From Eledone cirrhosa (Eukaryota), in assembly GCA_964016885.1 (NCBI GenBank), contig OZ024740.1, forward strand, positions 136,462,001 through 136,526,000: a DNA stretch of 64,000 nt, written 5' to 3'. Below the pieces are notes generated by a model. It made no database searches. It was not told the DNA's origin and worked only from the letters and a program-made list of their open reading frames with translations. The translations under genes and the position numbers were made by a program. Shown here piece by piece: positions 39,150 through 52,734 of the stretch (position 1 is the first letter of the stretch; each line of letters opens with the position of its first letter).

Positions 39150-39400
39150 TCCCGGAGTTGCTGCTACGCTGGGTTAGACATCGTAATTCATATGGATGCT
39201 AGTAGGATCCCCTAGGCCGTGCATTATAGTGAACTGAAATGTGAAAACTGTCGACAAGGACGGCCAAAATTCCGTTGTAAGGATGTCATCGGCGTCACCT
39301 GAATGAAGCAGGTAGTCTGATTAGGGCAATGAGAGAAAATAGCGACTGCCAACAGTAAAATGAAAGAGCTTTAGCGAAAAGAGTAAAAGTTACAGGAAGA
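39150..39400 (+). mobile_element. Old RTE ORF C-terminal relic
   Basis: Frameshifted reading LRWVRH..MDASRIP*AVHYSELKCENCRQGRPKFRCKDVI. Confidence 0.55.
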
Positions 39401-39958
39401 ACGAAAGAGAAAGTGGCAGAACAAGATCTACCACATTGGCACTACTGTGTTTTGCAATATATGTGGGCATGGCTGTGCCAGTGCTTTTGGTCTACAGTTT
39501 CTTCATTGTTTAAGTATAATAATAGGAAGAAAAAAAATCTAACACCATGTCATACTCTATTAGGGGAGACAGACAAGGATAGGACACATCATAATGTAGT
39601 AGTTTGTGGCAGACCGGTTTCAATTTTTAACTGAAAATCGCTTTCCTAGAAAAATAAAATCTTTTGCCTAAGCACGAATAATACATCCTTTTTTTTTTTT
39701 CTCTCTCGCAGTGTCCTCCAATCACCAAGACTAAACCGACATTTCCTGCCTTTGTATAAGAAACTATTAACAAGATAATTAACCAGTTTCGTTTATAATT
39801 ACCGCTTTTCTGCTAAGCAGTTAAATTTAATTAAAGGGAGGTTATCTGTCATTGTTTTGTAGTTGTAATAAAAATAAATAAATATATAAATATAAATAAA
39901 TATATAAATATATATATATATATATATTTATGTGTATAAAAAAAGTAACCATCGTTTG

Positions 39959-40077
39959 TGACGTAGCGTGTTTTGATTGGCTCTCTAGATGGTTCTCGAA
40001 TGTTCTAGAAGCGCACGTCACAGACTATTTATAAATAGCCAGAGCGTCTATCCATATACTTTTCACTCCGCCATTTT
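39959..40077 (+). promoter_or_regulatory. Hsp40 promoter: heat-shock element, CCAAT, CRE half-sites, TATA box, YY1-like motif
   Basis: gTTCtcGAAtgTTCtaGAAg at 39992-40011 gives four perfect alternating nGAAn units. Also ATTGG 39976-80, TGACGT 39959, ACGTCA 40015, TATAAA 40030-35 and CCGCCATTTT 40068-77. Confidence 0.85.
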
Positions 40078-40296
40078 ACGATGATGTTCTATAGTACCGT
40101 GTTGTGAAACTTTCACGTTTTAGGTATTTTTTTTTTAAACCATTATAAGTAAACAGTCTAAGAAATATTTATATATACTAATTGCTACGTGAATATTTGT
40201 TTATATAAATTGAGAAGGAAATTAAGCTTGATCTTATTCCCCATTCTTTAAAAATACATATATAATTTGATTTAAAACAAAAAAAAAGACGAAACG

Positions 40297-41091
40297 ATGG
40301 GGAAAGATTATTATAAAATCTTAGGTATAAGTAAAAATGCCACGGAAGATGATATTAGAAAAGCTTATCGGAAAATGGCACTCAAATACCATCCAGATAA
40401 AAACAAATCTCCTGGTGCCGAAGAGAAGTTCAAGGAGGTTGCTGAGGCATATGAGGTCCTGTCCGACAAAGATAAAAGGAAAGTATACGATTCATATGGA
40501 GAAGAAGGGCTTCGAGGAAATATCCCCGGCGGTATGGGTGGTGAACAAAGTGGAAACTATACATACTCATTCCACTGTGACCCGCATGAAACGTTTAGGA
40601 TGTTTTTCGGTGATGAAGGCCCGTTCAATTCTTTCATGTTCGGTTCATTTCCAGGTGATCAAAGACAACACCAATCTGGCGGCTTTGTTGGTGACGAGAT
40701 GGATGTAGATGAACCATTCTCACACTTCAGCCGCCAAGGTTTTAACATGGGTGGACCTTCGTTCCGAAGACAGAAAGAACAAGACAAACCAATTGTTAAG
40801 GATCTACCTGTTAGTCTTGAGGATATCTGCACGGGTTGCACGAAGAAAATGAAAATCACACGGACAATAATGGTCCAGTCAAACAAACAAGTCAGAGAAG
40901 AGAAAATCTTAACTGTGGATATCAAACCCGGTTGGAAAGCCGGCACGAAGATCACATTTCCGAAAGAAGGCGATCAGACCCCTTATAACATACCGGCAGA
41001 TGTTGTGTTTGTCATTAGGGACAAACGGCACCCTGTCTTCACACGTGATGGAAATGATATCCGATATAAAGCACGAATATCATTGAAAGAG
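40297..41091 (+). CDS. DNAJB4: DnaJ/Hsp40 subfamily B (DNAJB1/4/5-like), coding exon 1
   Basis: [11 protein letters not shown]-domain with HPD motif, G/F-rich linker and CTD ([24 protein letters not shown]). Ends ...ISLKE at the GAG/gtaagt donor, phase 0 (265 codons). Exact paralog assignment among B1/B4/B5 is uncertain. Confidence 0.96.
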
Positions 41092-44000
41092 GTAAGTGTC
41101 CATTATTTTGTCAGTATTTTTGTCCTTCAGAAAAGGGGGAAAAATAACCATCTGATTAAAATTTGGTTGTATTTTGAGTCATATAATTAAAGGCATTAAC
41201 GGTCTTGACTATCCAGTTCGGTCACTGATATATATTTCGGACTACATTGGGTAATTCTGGAGTTATAACGCACCGTTTTCAGTTGTCTCTGACATAAGAA
41301 TGATAGCAATTAAGAATTTTAAACAAATGACAATTATTGTTCGTGTATAAGCAAGAATAGTTGGCCATTGCTCGATCACCATATGTGTAATTTGCATCCA
41401 AATCAAACTACTTTTATATTATAACATCAAATCCATATTTTTCACGTACAATAAATTGAGAAAATGTTTACAGGGTCAAGTGAAAACTGTACGCTACTCC
41501 TATATGAATTACATTGTCCAGTGCGTCCGTAGAACGTGATTTGTGGGGGCATTTGTCTATTTCTAACCTATTGATCAGCTTGTTGGATCGAGTGTTTGTT
41601 TAATGCAAATGAGGGTTGCATTTAACAGTTGAAGTTTTTAAAGTAATCTGTATATAAGTACAGTGAACTATATACATATTTGAACGATTCAGAATTGGTT
41701 TAAACGAATTTAATGACAGCTTTTAAATTTTCAAGAAATATTGCATTTTATATTTCGAAATTATAAATCCAACAACCATTTTGGGTAGATAGAATAAAAT
41801 CATTTGGTTATTTAGTTTCTTGTATCTATCTGATGTTAAAAACTTAAGGCCCACTTCTCCCTTTCATTCAGGTTACTACATTTTACTAATATATCTTGCT
41901 TTCGTAATAGCATAATCTGATATAGAATTCATCATTTAATTTTTTTTTGTCCTTATATTGTCTTGATTTTCTTTTTATCAAAGACTAAATCATATCGTGA
42001 AAAAAAAATCCCATAACCATTAAAAAATCGTACAAATTTATTTCATGAAGTCAAAGATTTTCGTCGCACACTTTCCGACTTGGTCACTGACAATTCCTAT
42101 ATAAACCAGCCCTCTTTTTTCGATAATTTTTTTGGATTTCTGCATTTTAAATAAATACGAAATTACCATTCTTTTGTGGCCTGTAATGTATATTCTAACC
42201 AAGATACGAAACAGTAATATGTACATAATACATTTGAACATCTTAGAAGAAAACGAAACGCCCACAATATAGAGGGGCATCATACTATGAATATATATAT
42301 ATAATGTGCGTGTGTATATATATATATTCGTGTACACATACAGATCCTCGTTGGCTACACATAACCTTGGCAAGCACTCTTTGGTGTAGCGAAAATTCTT
42401 ACATAATAGTAAAAAGCTAACAATTTTTCTAAATATATTAATAGCTCTTCCTTCCTGTCTATATATACATACATACATATGTAGCGCAAATCGCTATTCT
42501 TATTTCATCTAACAACCACTACTAATACCTTTCGTTAAACATATATACACACACAAGGTACAATGTTTCCTGACACTTGAGAAAATAATAGTAACAATCA
42601 GCTGCTAGCATGTTTTAGTCTTCTGTCTTTAGCATTCCCCGACAACAGTTGCATTATTCTGGCAAAGTTCTAGCACATTCCTAACTACTCTATTGGAATG
42701 TTGGTCTCCTTATCAGAAGTAATTAGCATGTGGGTGTATATGTGTGGTTTAATGTCAATTAAGTTATGCGTGGGTGGGTGGATGTATGTGTGTATGTCTC
42801 CTTAATAACGGCGAGTCTGAGATAGAATTGTGACGTTCATGCTTTTCTCAACAGTGGTAATGGCGACTGGATTGGAAGAGGTCGTGTTTGGAATCTTTCT
42901 AGAAGCTTTTGTATTTTCTCTGAAATTGTAGGGAAATGTCTGTATGATGAATACTTGGTAAGAAACGACGTAACTATATTGTAAATTTGTTACAATATAG
43001 TTTCGCTCTTCTACGTTCTGAGTTAACATTTTTCCTGGGTCGATTCTATTTTTCTCCCTTCTAGTTTCTCAAGTAATGCCTATACATTTACCAACAGTTG
43101 TGGTTTGTAGAAAGATCTATGTGGACCTTGTATTTTTTTAAATGGCTGTAAGATGGTTCTAGAATTATTATTTGCTAGCAAACATTGCTGCTACTACTAC
43201 TACGATGGGCGATTATTTTGGCATTCTACCTCACAATATATATACTAATTAGTGTGTACATATAGATTTTGTATTTTATGCAGATTGTTTAGAGGTATGT
43301 ATGTAACATACAATCAAATGTTTGTATAGTGCGTGCGCACGCTCTATTGTGTGTGTGTGTATCAGCAGTTATAAACCTGTTGTAATGCTGGGGGAGTTAT
43401 TAGATTAAGTAGACCTGTAGCAAAATAAATTTTCTTGGTTTGGAACCACTTATGTGTTGTTTAATTTTAACATGATAGTTCAACATATGTAAGAGCAATT
43501 ACTTTTCTGTACACATTGTGCGTGTGTATAAGATAAACTCCTTGGGAAATGTAAGCATGTTACTTTAATCACAAACCTGGTTTTGTAGCCGACAACCGTA
43601 TTCATTTTCAGCAACTTTACGTCATGCCGTTTACTGTGTGCGACATCAGTGTTAGCACCACAGGTTGTTAGAACGATTCATCATAGAGTATTAATTTCTG
43701 GAACTCACTTTCTTGATTGATGTTTTATATTCTGTTAATGTGTTGAATGGAATTACCAGGTCGTTTGTTGCTTTGGTGTGTGCATCATTCTATGCACACT
43801 AATATAAATCAGGTCTAAATTACTTTTCATCCAAAGTTCGGAGTTGGTGGCAACACCCAGTGAAACCCCACCACCATCGCTGTATCTCTTACTCCCACAT
43901 TATACTCGAGTTATTTTCAGCTCGTTAGTTATTGACTACAGCTCTTCCATATATGTGAATGTAGACGGCAATATACGTCTCTAATAACTTGTGAAACCGA

Positions 44001-44484
44001 AAGCCAACGAATGAGGAAAACACGTTCAGTGAAAACCTGTTTGTAATATTTGTTGGTGAATCATTTCTCGTGATTTGAATTTCTGTGGGAGAGGGAAAAG
44101 AGATTCGTGACTATTTTTCAGTAATTACAGATTGTTGCCAGATATCTGGAAAGCAGTTCCGCTTACCTATCTTCTCTTCCTGTTTTATTAATTTAGTGTG
44201 TTTGTGTAACGTCTTGAAATTTGATTTGACATTGCATTTTTTAGTATTTTTAGTACATGAATACGTGTGTGTTAAATCCATGCTTGCATAGAAAAATGTT
44301 GTGCGTATGTATAGACACACACACATAGTTATACTTGTAGCATCATCATCTGCCCTGTCTAGGAGGGCAGTAACTCCGAATAATACCTGATTTGGACCGT
44401 GACGCTCCATACAAGCCATGGCATGATGAGCAAAAATAGACCTCAGTGACATTTAAATGCGGAAAGTGCACCGAATGGATATAT

Positions 44485-44541
<57 letters not shown>

Positions 44542-44782
44542 AAACCTGTTAATTCTCTCGTGTCGTACATACGTACACATTTATAGACATACACACATCC
44601 ATCACAATTTTCATTCGATCGCAATAACAGTCCACCACCACCCGATTGCAACTATCATAATCGTGATTAGGTGTTTAGTTCTCTCCGTTAGTGGTATCTG
44701 AACTCAAAACAAATTGCAAGACATCTACCGGGTCCCGATGCCTGATACTTATTTATCGAAACCCAGAAATAATGATTTCTAC

Positions 44783-44915
44783 AATAGGCACAAGGCCTCA
44801 GTGCATTACTGGTGCTTATTGACCCCGTAAAGATGAAAGGCAAAGCTAATTTCGGCGCGATTTGAACTCAGAACTTAAAGGGCCATAACTCTATGTTGCA
44901 AAGCATGATGTCTGA
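44783..44915 (-). mobile_element. MetaSINE-like SINE relic in the intron
   Basis: GACCCCGTAAAGATGAAAGGCAAAGCTAATTTCGGCGCGATTTGAACTC, same family as 357-773. Confidence 0.65.
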
Positions 44916-45095
44916 CGTACTACCGGGGGCATTATTCGAGACTGGAGATTATGTAGTAAACAAATCTGGTGATAACATGAAATTGACAATCTTTGTTTAA
45001 CTACTACCATAGTTTAGATGTCAATATTTAAACAAGATTTCAATTCCTCAGTGCCACAATTGTAGTTAACATAATAGTGTTTGATGATGATGATG

Positions 45096-45429
45096 ATCAT
45101 CATCATCATTACGTCCACTTTTCCCTGCTTGCAAAGGTGGGACGGGAACTGATTCTGGCTTGATTTCTACAGCTGGATGCCCTTCTTAACACCAACCTCA
45201 TTTACAGTGAGTGCTGGGTGCTTTTTTGCCGTGGCGCCTACACGACCACTTTGCAGTGGAGTGATATGGACCCCAGTCCCTATCATCTCATTTCTAGAGG
45301 TGAGTAAACTGGAGCAAAGTGAAATAAAGTGTCTTGCTCAAGGAAACAACACATCACCCGGTCTGAGAATTGAACTCACAACCTTTCGATTGCAAGGCCA
45401 ATGCTCTAACCACTAAGTCATGTGCCTCC
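45096..45429 (-). mobile_element. CORE-like SINE in the intron
   Basis: Reverse complement of the element at 33643 and 52381. Confidence 0.85.
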
Positions 45430-46395
45430 ATTAGATGGGTCGCTAAATATAGTCTCAGAAAAAGGATGTGCTCTCGCACATAAAGCTGAGTTTTCTGTCT
45501 TTATTAACTTAGTCTGCCATTGGATTAGTTCTCTAAATCTCTCACAAATTATGATTACATATACTCAGTTATATCATTTTACACCTGCTTTTTATGCTGG
45601 CATGAGTTGAAAGTGTTGTGAAGTCATTATATATATATATAGGGTGTGTGTGTGTGTTTATATATATATATATGCACATACATATATAACCATACATCAA
45701 GTGTAAAATTGTGTGTATTATATATATACACATGCAAAAGCTTACCTGTAAATAACTCAGATGCTGTTGTTGTTTTTTACATATTTTAGTGGCGAAAGGT
45801 AACTTACATGTGAATATATACAGTATGTATAATTGATTGTAGTAACTGAGGTTAACCAAAATCAATAAAGTAGTTAATACATGAAATATGAGTTATGGCT
45901 GGATGAGACTTGGAGGCAGATTTTCTATGGCAGGGTGCTCCTTTTGATAACTTACATTCTTTTTTGTTTGGTTTGGAATAGCTTTCTTAATTCCATTAAC
46001 CTATTGTCTCAAGAGCTTCACAGCATCAACTTCAGAATAAAAATATTTGTAGTAATGGTTGGTGTGGGAGCACTGGCGAAATCTTCAACATACAGTTCAA
46101 ACTTGAACACAGCTATGTCTTACACACACACCTGCACATATATGTATATATGGATAAGAACTTAACAATTAAAGAGTAGTAAGACAATTAATTGTTCAGC
46201 TTTATACTTCTTACTTTTCGTCTTAGTTATTTAATACATGTAAACCATATGGTCAAGCTTAAGCTTAACTGTTGGGTTTGTATATATGTATACACACACA
46301 TAGACAATAAAATGCTTACTGTACACACTGAAATATGAGCAAGATGTGGAAAATAATTGTTGAATGATGGTCTTAATGATGTTTGCATGTGTGTG

Positions 46396-46449
<54 letters not shown>

Positions 46450-46537
46450 GTAGGTATTTAATATACTGGTGCAGTGTGGTCATGAAGTTAACTTTGCAAC
46501 CATGTGATTCTGGGTTCAATTCTGCTGTGCAGCACCT

Positions 46538-46765
46538 TATCTAGATAGAGTATTTTGTAGGGAAATAGATAGGTTAGCATAGGCTGTCCACAATTCAAGA
46601 TAGTCAGCTACATGGACCACAAATTCGTGATGTGTGCTTGACTTAGATAGGCTTCATAGATGAGGACCCGGCTACTGGAAGCTAAACGCGTCCTTACCAG
46701 CGCACAAGGCCTACAGAGACCGGATTAGCGAACTAGTTAAGCGGGCGTTGACGGGGGCCATCGTA
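46538..46765 (+). mobile_element. L1/Tx1-clade ORF2 endonuclease-end fragment
   Basis: Frameshifted reading YLDRVF...VSYMDHKFV..LDLDRLHR*GPGYWKLNASL, with an SDH-like motif and the G.WKLN.SL motif. Confidence 0.7.
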
Positions 46766-47577
46766 GGCAAATGTCTTCTACAATAGCTTCAGGTTGACCT
46801 ATGCCTTCAGTGAAATTTGGCAGATGGAATCTGAAAAAAACCTGCTTATATGTATTCATGCCTGTTAATGTGATTAGCACTTTAACAATAAGAAATCGAT
46901 AAAGTAACCAGGCTTGATAAGAATGTGCAGGAGCCAATATGATGACCAGATCAAAGCAGTGTTCTAGCATGGCTGCAGTCTAATGATTAAAACCAGTAAA
47001 AGAAAAAAATATATATGTAAATAATGTTGGCATTAGGAAGGGCATCTACTTGTAGAAACCAAGCCAGAAACAAGGCAGTCATCTGATCTGATTTGTCTCA
47101 CGACAGGGCACCTTGTTTAACCCATGTTGGCATGATAAAATGGGTGTTAAACTATGATTTTAAATGAGAAAAAGTAGATTTTATGTATTTCTAGTGTTAA
47201 ATTCTAAGCCTTGTTTGTTTTAATTACATTGCTAAAAGATTACTTATGTAAATTAGACTAGCCATTTCAGTCCTAGTTTGTTATTATTAGGGACTGCTAT
47301 AAGTTCACCTAATTAATGGAAAGATTTAAGTATGTCTTCTGATGAGCAACCAACTAGCTGTGTAACATGTAAAGACAATCTCTTACATTTTTCTGTGTAC
47401 ACTTTCATTTTACAGGCTAGCTTATAATTTTAAATTGTAATTATATCTACAGTGAATATGTACATGCTATGTGCATTGCAAGTTTAAAATGCTTTTAAAA
47501 TATTCACTATGTAAACCCAATGCTTGTAAAGTTTTCGTGAATATTACTCCTAATAAACCCTTTTCATTTTCTTGTAG

Positions 47578-47808
47578 GCACTTTGTGGTACCACAATACA
47601 AATTCCAACCATCAGTAACCGAACAATCCCTTTCCGTCTCACAGAAATCATCAAACCTTCATCAACGAAACGAATACAAGGTGAAGGGCTACCTTTAGCT
47701 AAACAACCGATGCGCAGAGGGGACCTAATTGTTGAATTTGACGTCAAATTTCCTGATTCCCTAAGTGTTTATGCTAAACAAGCTTTATCAGAATGTTTGC
47801 CATCTTGA
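47578..47808 (+). CDS. DNAJB4: DNAJB1/4/5-like, coding exon 2
   Basis: Acceptor ttttcattttcttgtag/GCA. Reads ALCGTTIQIPTISNRTIPFRLTEIIKPSSTKRIQGEGLPLAKQPMRRGDLIVEFDVKFPDSLSVYAKQALSECLPS*. The joined protein is 341 aa. Confidence 0.95.
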   Translation, partial: ALCGTTIQIPTISNRTIPFRLTEIIKPSSTKRIQGEGLPLAKQPMRRGDLIVEFDVKFPDSLSVYAKQALSECLPS

Positions 47809-48092
47809 AAGCTGGACTTTAGGGGTTGTAAGAATGGCTTTGGGATGGGAAATAGGGGCTTGGCAACCAGTCTTATGTGATATGGCTGTAAAAACGGTCC
47901 TTTTGCTATGTGATCTTTCTGAAATAGCTAACAGAAAAAACTAATAATCGAAACATTAGTTGCCTACCAGTTGAATAGGGCAGTTGTTGCCCACCGATAT
48001 TGTCTAATTGCAAAAGACATGTAATTTCTGCCAGCTGCAATATTATTTATTGGAAGGCAACATGCTGTTGATGCTATGCATCCTAAGGAACT

Positions 48093-48122
48093 TGTAAATA
48101 AATTGGGAAAACTGTAAATAAA
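48093..48122 (+). terminator. Tandem polyadenylation signals of the Hsp40 gene
   Basis: TGTAAATAAA occurs twice (AATAAA at 48097 and 48117), followed by a GT/T-rich tract. Confidence 0.7.
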
Positions 48123-48204
48123 TTTGATTGTCTGATTAACTCTTTTTGGGTGTTTACATTCTAATTATTTTAGTCTCTCACTTTTGTCTTTTTTACACAT
48201 GCAT

Positions 48205-48590
48205 ATCATCATCATCAGCATCACCGTTTTACGTCCGTTCTTCCATGCTAGCATGGGTTAGACTGGTTGTCCTGTTGTGGGCAGTGTCTGGTCGGCTGAC
48301 TATGCCTTGCTCATACAGGAACTGATTTTGGCTTGATTTCTACAGCTGGATGCTCTTCTAACACCAACCTCATTTACAGTGAGTGCTGGGTGATTTTTCC
48401 GTGTGGGCTGGGTGCTTTTTGCCGTGGCACCTCCACGACCACCTTGCAGTGGGGGGTGTGGGGGCATATTGTCTATATGCTTCAGCTTGTACCCATGGGA
48501 GGTCGGGTACTGTATTACTGCGTGACGCCAGAGGTCACGGTCGTGTGTCATCGCCTTTGAGAGGTGTAATTGGGTAAGGTCGGCTTTTAT

Positions 48591-48592
<2 letters not shown>
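48205..48592 (-). mobile_element. 3' end of the second RTE subfamily
   Basis: Reverse complement of ~59835-60245, encoding IKADLTQLHLSKAMTHDRDLWRHAV. Confidence 0.8.
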
Positions 48593-48624
<32 letters not shown>

Positions 48625-48844
48625 AAATTGCGTTTGGAGGGTGGGAGCGGTGGGGCGCTGGGGAGATGGGGTTATGTTAGCCATCCGCAGTCGAAACAAA
48701 GAGGAGTCCTTGCATTCTCGTCCATGAGGTGAATTTGTCTTTATCTTTGGCATTGTCACTGAGTGTCCAGATTTTTTCTTTTCAAACTCTCCAGAATTCC
48801 GTAGTCCATCCATCATATCGAAAGGTAACCAGGTAAGCGATAAC

Positions 48845-51655
48845 AAACGAGACAATCACTTGAAAAAAAAAACGAGACAATCACTTGATTACCTATAGAT
48901 CGGGGGAACACACAAGCCAGGTAGATTATATCCTTAACAGGAGACGTGACAGTGTCTGTTGTAAACACTAAATCCCTCCCCCATGAAGAATGCACCTCTC
49001 AACACGCTCATAATTAGCGACCTCATAGTCAGGACGAGACGTATTCGACAACAGAAGAGGACTATCCTCAGGAGAAAAATATGGAAATTAAAGGACCCCA
49101 CAGCCATTAATAAATTTAAAAGCATATTACTTGATGCTTTTGATAGTGAGGAAGAGCAATTAGTCGTACGATATAGAGGAACAGAGGGATTTCCTGAAAG
49201 CTAACCTGCTGAAGACGACAGATGAAACCTGTGGCTGGAGCAGGCCTATAGGCAGGAGGAGAGTAACTTGGTGGTGGAACAGTAAGGTGGAGAGGTCAAT
49301 CAAGGCCAAAAAGCAGGCTTGGAAAGCATGGCGGGATGGGGGAAGTAGAGAAGACTATCAAGTGGCCAGGAGGGAAGCTAGGAGACAAGTGTACTTCGCA
49401 AGAAGGGAAGCAAAAGAAAGTTCAAGCATGTTCTACAACGTGAGGTGTTCAGGATTGCTAGGCAATGTGTCAAGGAAAACTGATATTGTCGGGGAGAAGT
49501 GTGTCCTGAATGATGATAGTGTACTTGCCTTCACTGACGCTGATAAGAAGGTAGCTTGGAAGTGTCACTACGAAAGGCTACTAAACGAGGAGAATAATTG
49601 GGAGAAAGACAGTCTCCCCCACATTGACACAAAGGACCAGCAGTGCAAGTTGAAGGTAGTATAATAAGTAAAGCAATCAAAGACGGGCAAGGCGGCCGGG
49701 CCTTCGGAAATAGTTGCTGAAATGCTGAAAGCATCTCGAACGGTGGGACACACTATGGTCTCCCGGATAGTAAACCAAGTCACACAGAATGGGGTCGTTC
49801 CGAAGGACTGGCGCAGCAGCAGCATCATCATTAACTGCTACAAGGGTAAAGGTGATGCCCTAGATAGGGGAAACTATAGAGGCATTAAATTAATTGAGCA
49901 GGTCATGAAGGTCACAGAAAAATTAATAGCGCAACTAATCAGAGAGCGAATTGATCTAGACGAAATGCAGTTCAGGTTGTGTCAGGTAAAAGTACAACAG
50001 ACGCTCTTTTAATTGTACGACAACTACAGAAGTACCTAGCTAAAAGTAAACCCCTAAACTTAGCTTTTGTTGACTTGGAGAAAGCCTTTGACAGAGTACC
50101 CCGCTCGATTATCTAGTGGGCCCTTAGAAAACTAGGTGTTGATGAATGGCTTGTGAGAGCTATACAAGCCATGTATAAAGAAACAGTCAGCAAGGTTAGA
50201 ATGAACAACGAATATAGTGAAGAGTTTAGCGTAAAAGTTGGTGTTCATCAGGGCTTCGTCCTTAGCCCCCTACTATTTATTATTGCCCTTCAGGCTATAA
50301 CAGAGGAGTTCAAGACCGGCTGCCCATGGGAACTCCTATATGCAGATGATCTAACGCTCATAGCTGAATCAATGGCTGAACTAGAGAAGAAATTCCAAAC
50401 ATGGAAGCATGGCCTACAATCAAAAGGCCTTAAAGTTAACTTGTCTAAGACTAAAGTTCTAGTTTGTAGGAAGGAAAATAGGGCACCGGTCCCATCTGGG
50501 AAATGGCCATGCTCAGTGTGTAGGAAAGGAGTAGGTAGAAACTCCATTTTATGTCCCAAATGCAAAGTATGGGTACATAAAAGATGTAGTGGGATCACAG
50601 GTAAGCTAACTAAGAACATAGATTTTATATGTGGCCAGTGCTCTGGTGCAATAAGTAGCAAGTGCCCACAATACTAACTCATTCCATTGCACAGATTGTT
50701 CTATAGAAATAGTGAACAGCTTCCGTTACCTGGGTGACAAAATCAACAGTGTGGGAGGGTGCTCCGAAAGTACAGTAGCTAGAGTCAGAACGGGATGGAA
50801 AAAGTTCAGAGAGCTTATACCACTATTGGCCGCTAAAGGGTTCTCTCTAAAAATGAAAGGCAGGCTGTATGATGCCTGCATACGAACAACAATATTACAT
50901 GGCAGTGAGACCTGGGCATTGTGTGCAGAGGATATACGCAGTCTGGAGAGAAACGAAGCTTGCATGCTCCGCTGGATGTGTAATAGTAATATACGTGAAC
51001 GGCAAAGCATGAACGAACTAAGGGAGAAGTTAGGAATAAGAGGGATCAGATGTTGTTTACTCGAGAGAAGACTACGTTGATATGCTCACGTGATGCACAT
51101 GAAAGACGACAGCTGTATAAAAAAGTGCAGGGCAATAATTATAGACGGTAGCCACGGCATAGGCAGACCCCAAAAAACCTGGGACGACTTGATAAATTCC
51201 GACCTCATACACTTACACCTTTCCAAGACAATGTCACTGGACCGAGATCTTTGGCGCTACACAGTAATAGAGGAAACCCGCCTTACCTAAATACAAAGTA
51301 AAACCTACTACAGTCAGTAGGCATCTCTAACAAAATACACCCCCGTCCCACTACCCACACCACCCATTTCAATGTAAAGTTATGTTGGTACCATCGAGCC
51401 CGAAACAAATGAGGTTGTGTAGGTGTCACAACAAAAGAACACACAGTCCACGCTGTAGTGTGGCCGTGGAGGTAACACGGTAAAAACCTCCCAGTTCCAC
51501 ACTGTAAATGTGGTTGGTGTTAGGGAGGGCATCCAGCCGGAGAAAGCCTGCCAGACAGTCCTATGCGAGAAAGACAACCACTCTTGCCTCAAGGGGAAAA
51601 CTCCCGTGCAAACCCATGACAGCGTGGAATATGGACGTTAAATGATGATGATGAT
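48845..51655 (+). mobile_element. Decayed RTE-clade LINE (APE end, RT, 3'UTR), same family as 34609-37395
   Basis: HLITYRSGEHTSQVDYIL, TWWWN, FVDLEKAFDRVPR, GVHQG.VLSPLLF, ELLYADDL, FRYLGD and HGSETW, with a (GAT)n tail. Multiple stops and frameshifts. Confidence 0.94.
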
Positions 51656-52380
51656 ATTATATATTTATATATATATTATATTATATATATATTATATTAT
51701 ATATATTATATTATATATATTATATTATATATATATATTATATTATATATATTATATTATATATATTATATTATATATATATATATTATATTATATATAT
51801 ATATTATATTATATATATATATTATATATATATATTATATTATATATATATATTATATTATATATATATATTATATTATATATATATATATATATTATAT
51901 TATATATATATATTATATTATATATATATATTATATTATATATATATATATTATATTATATATATATATATTATATTATATATTATATTATATTATATAT
52001 ATATATATTATATTATATATATATTATATTATATATTATATTATATTATATATATATATATTATATTATATATATATTATATTATATATATATTATATTA
52101 TATATATATATATATTATATTATATATATTATATTATATATATTATATTATATATATATATTATATTATATATATTATATTATATATATTATATTATATA
52201 TATATATTATATTATTATATTTATGTTATATATATATATTATATTATTTATGTTATATATATATATTATATATTTATGTTATATATATATATTATATATT
52301 TATGTTATATATATATTATATATTTATGTTATATATTTATGTTATATATATATATTATATATTTATAATATATAAATAAT

Positions 52381-52713
52381 GGAGGCACATGGCTTAGTGG
52401 TTAGAGCATTGGTCTTGCAATCGAAAGGTTGTGAGTTCAATTCTCAGACCGGGTGATGTGTTGTGTCCTTGAGCAAGACACTTTATTTCACATTGCTCCA
52501 GTTTACTCAGCTGTAGAAATGAGATGATAGGGACTGGGGTTCCTATCATTCCACTGCAAAGTGGTCGTGGAGGTGCCACGGCAAAAAAGCACCCAGCACT
52601 CACTGTAAATGAGGTTGGTGTTAGGAAGGGCATCCAGCTGTAGAAATCAACCCAGAATCAGTTCCCGTCCCACCCTTGCAAGCAGGGAAAAGCGGACGTA
52701 AAATGATGATGAT
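52381..52713 (+). mobile_element. Full-length CORE-like SINE
   Basis: GGAGGCACATGGCTTAGTGGTTAGAGC head, CORE-like body, RTE-type tail. Confidence 0.87.
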
Positions 52714-52734
52714 TTATATTATATATTTATATTA

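Noticed and set aside
41092-41190. C-terminal extension of the 297-aa DnaJ ORF (VSVHYFV...)
   Set aside because: Read-through into the intron. A canonical GTAAGT donor and a downstream exon supply the conserved C-terminus.
52381-52455. tRNA-like sequence with A and B boxes
   Set aside because: SINE head. No complete cloverleaf, and it continues into the CORE body.
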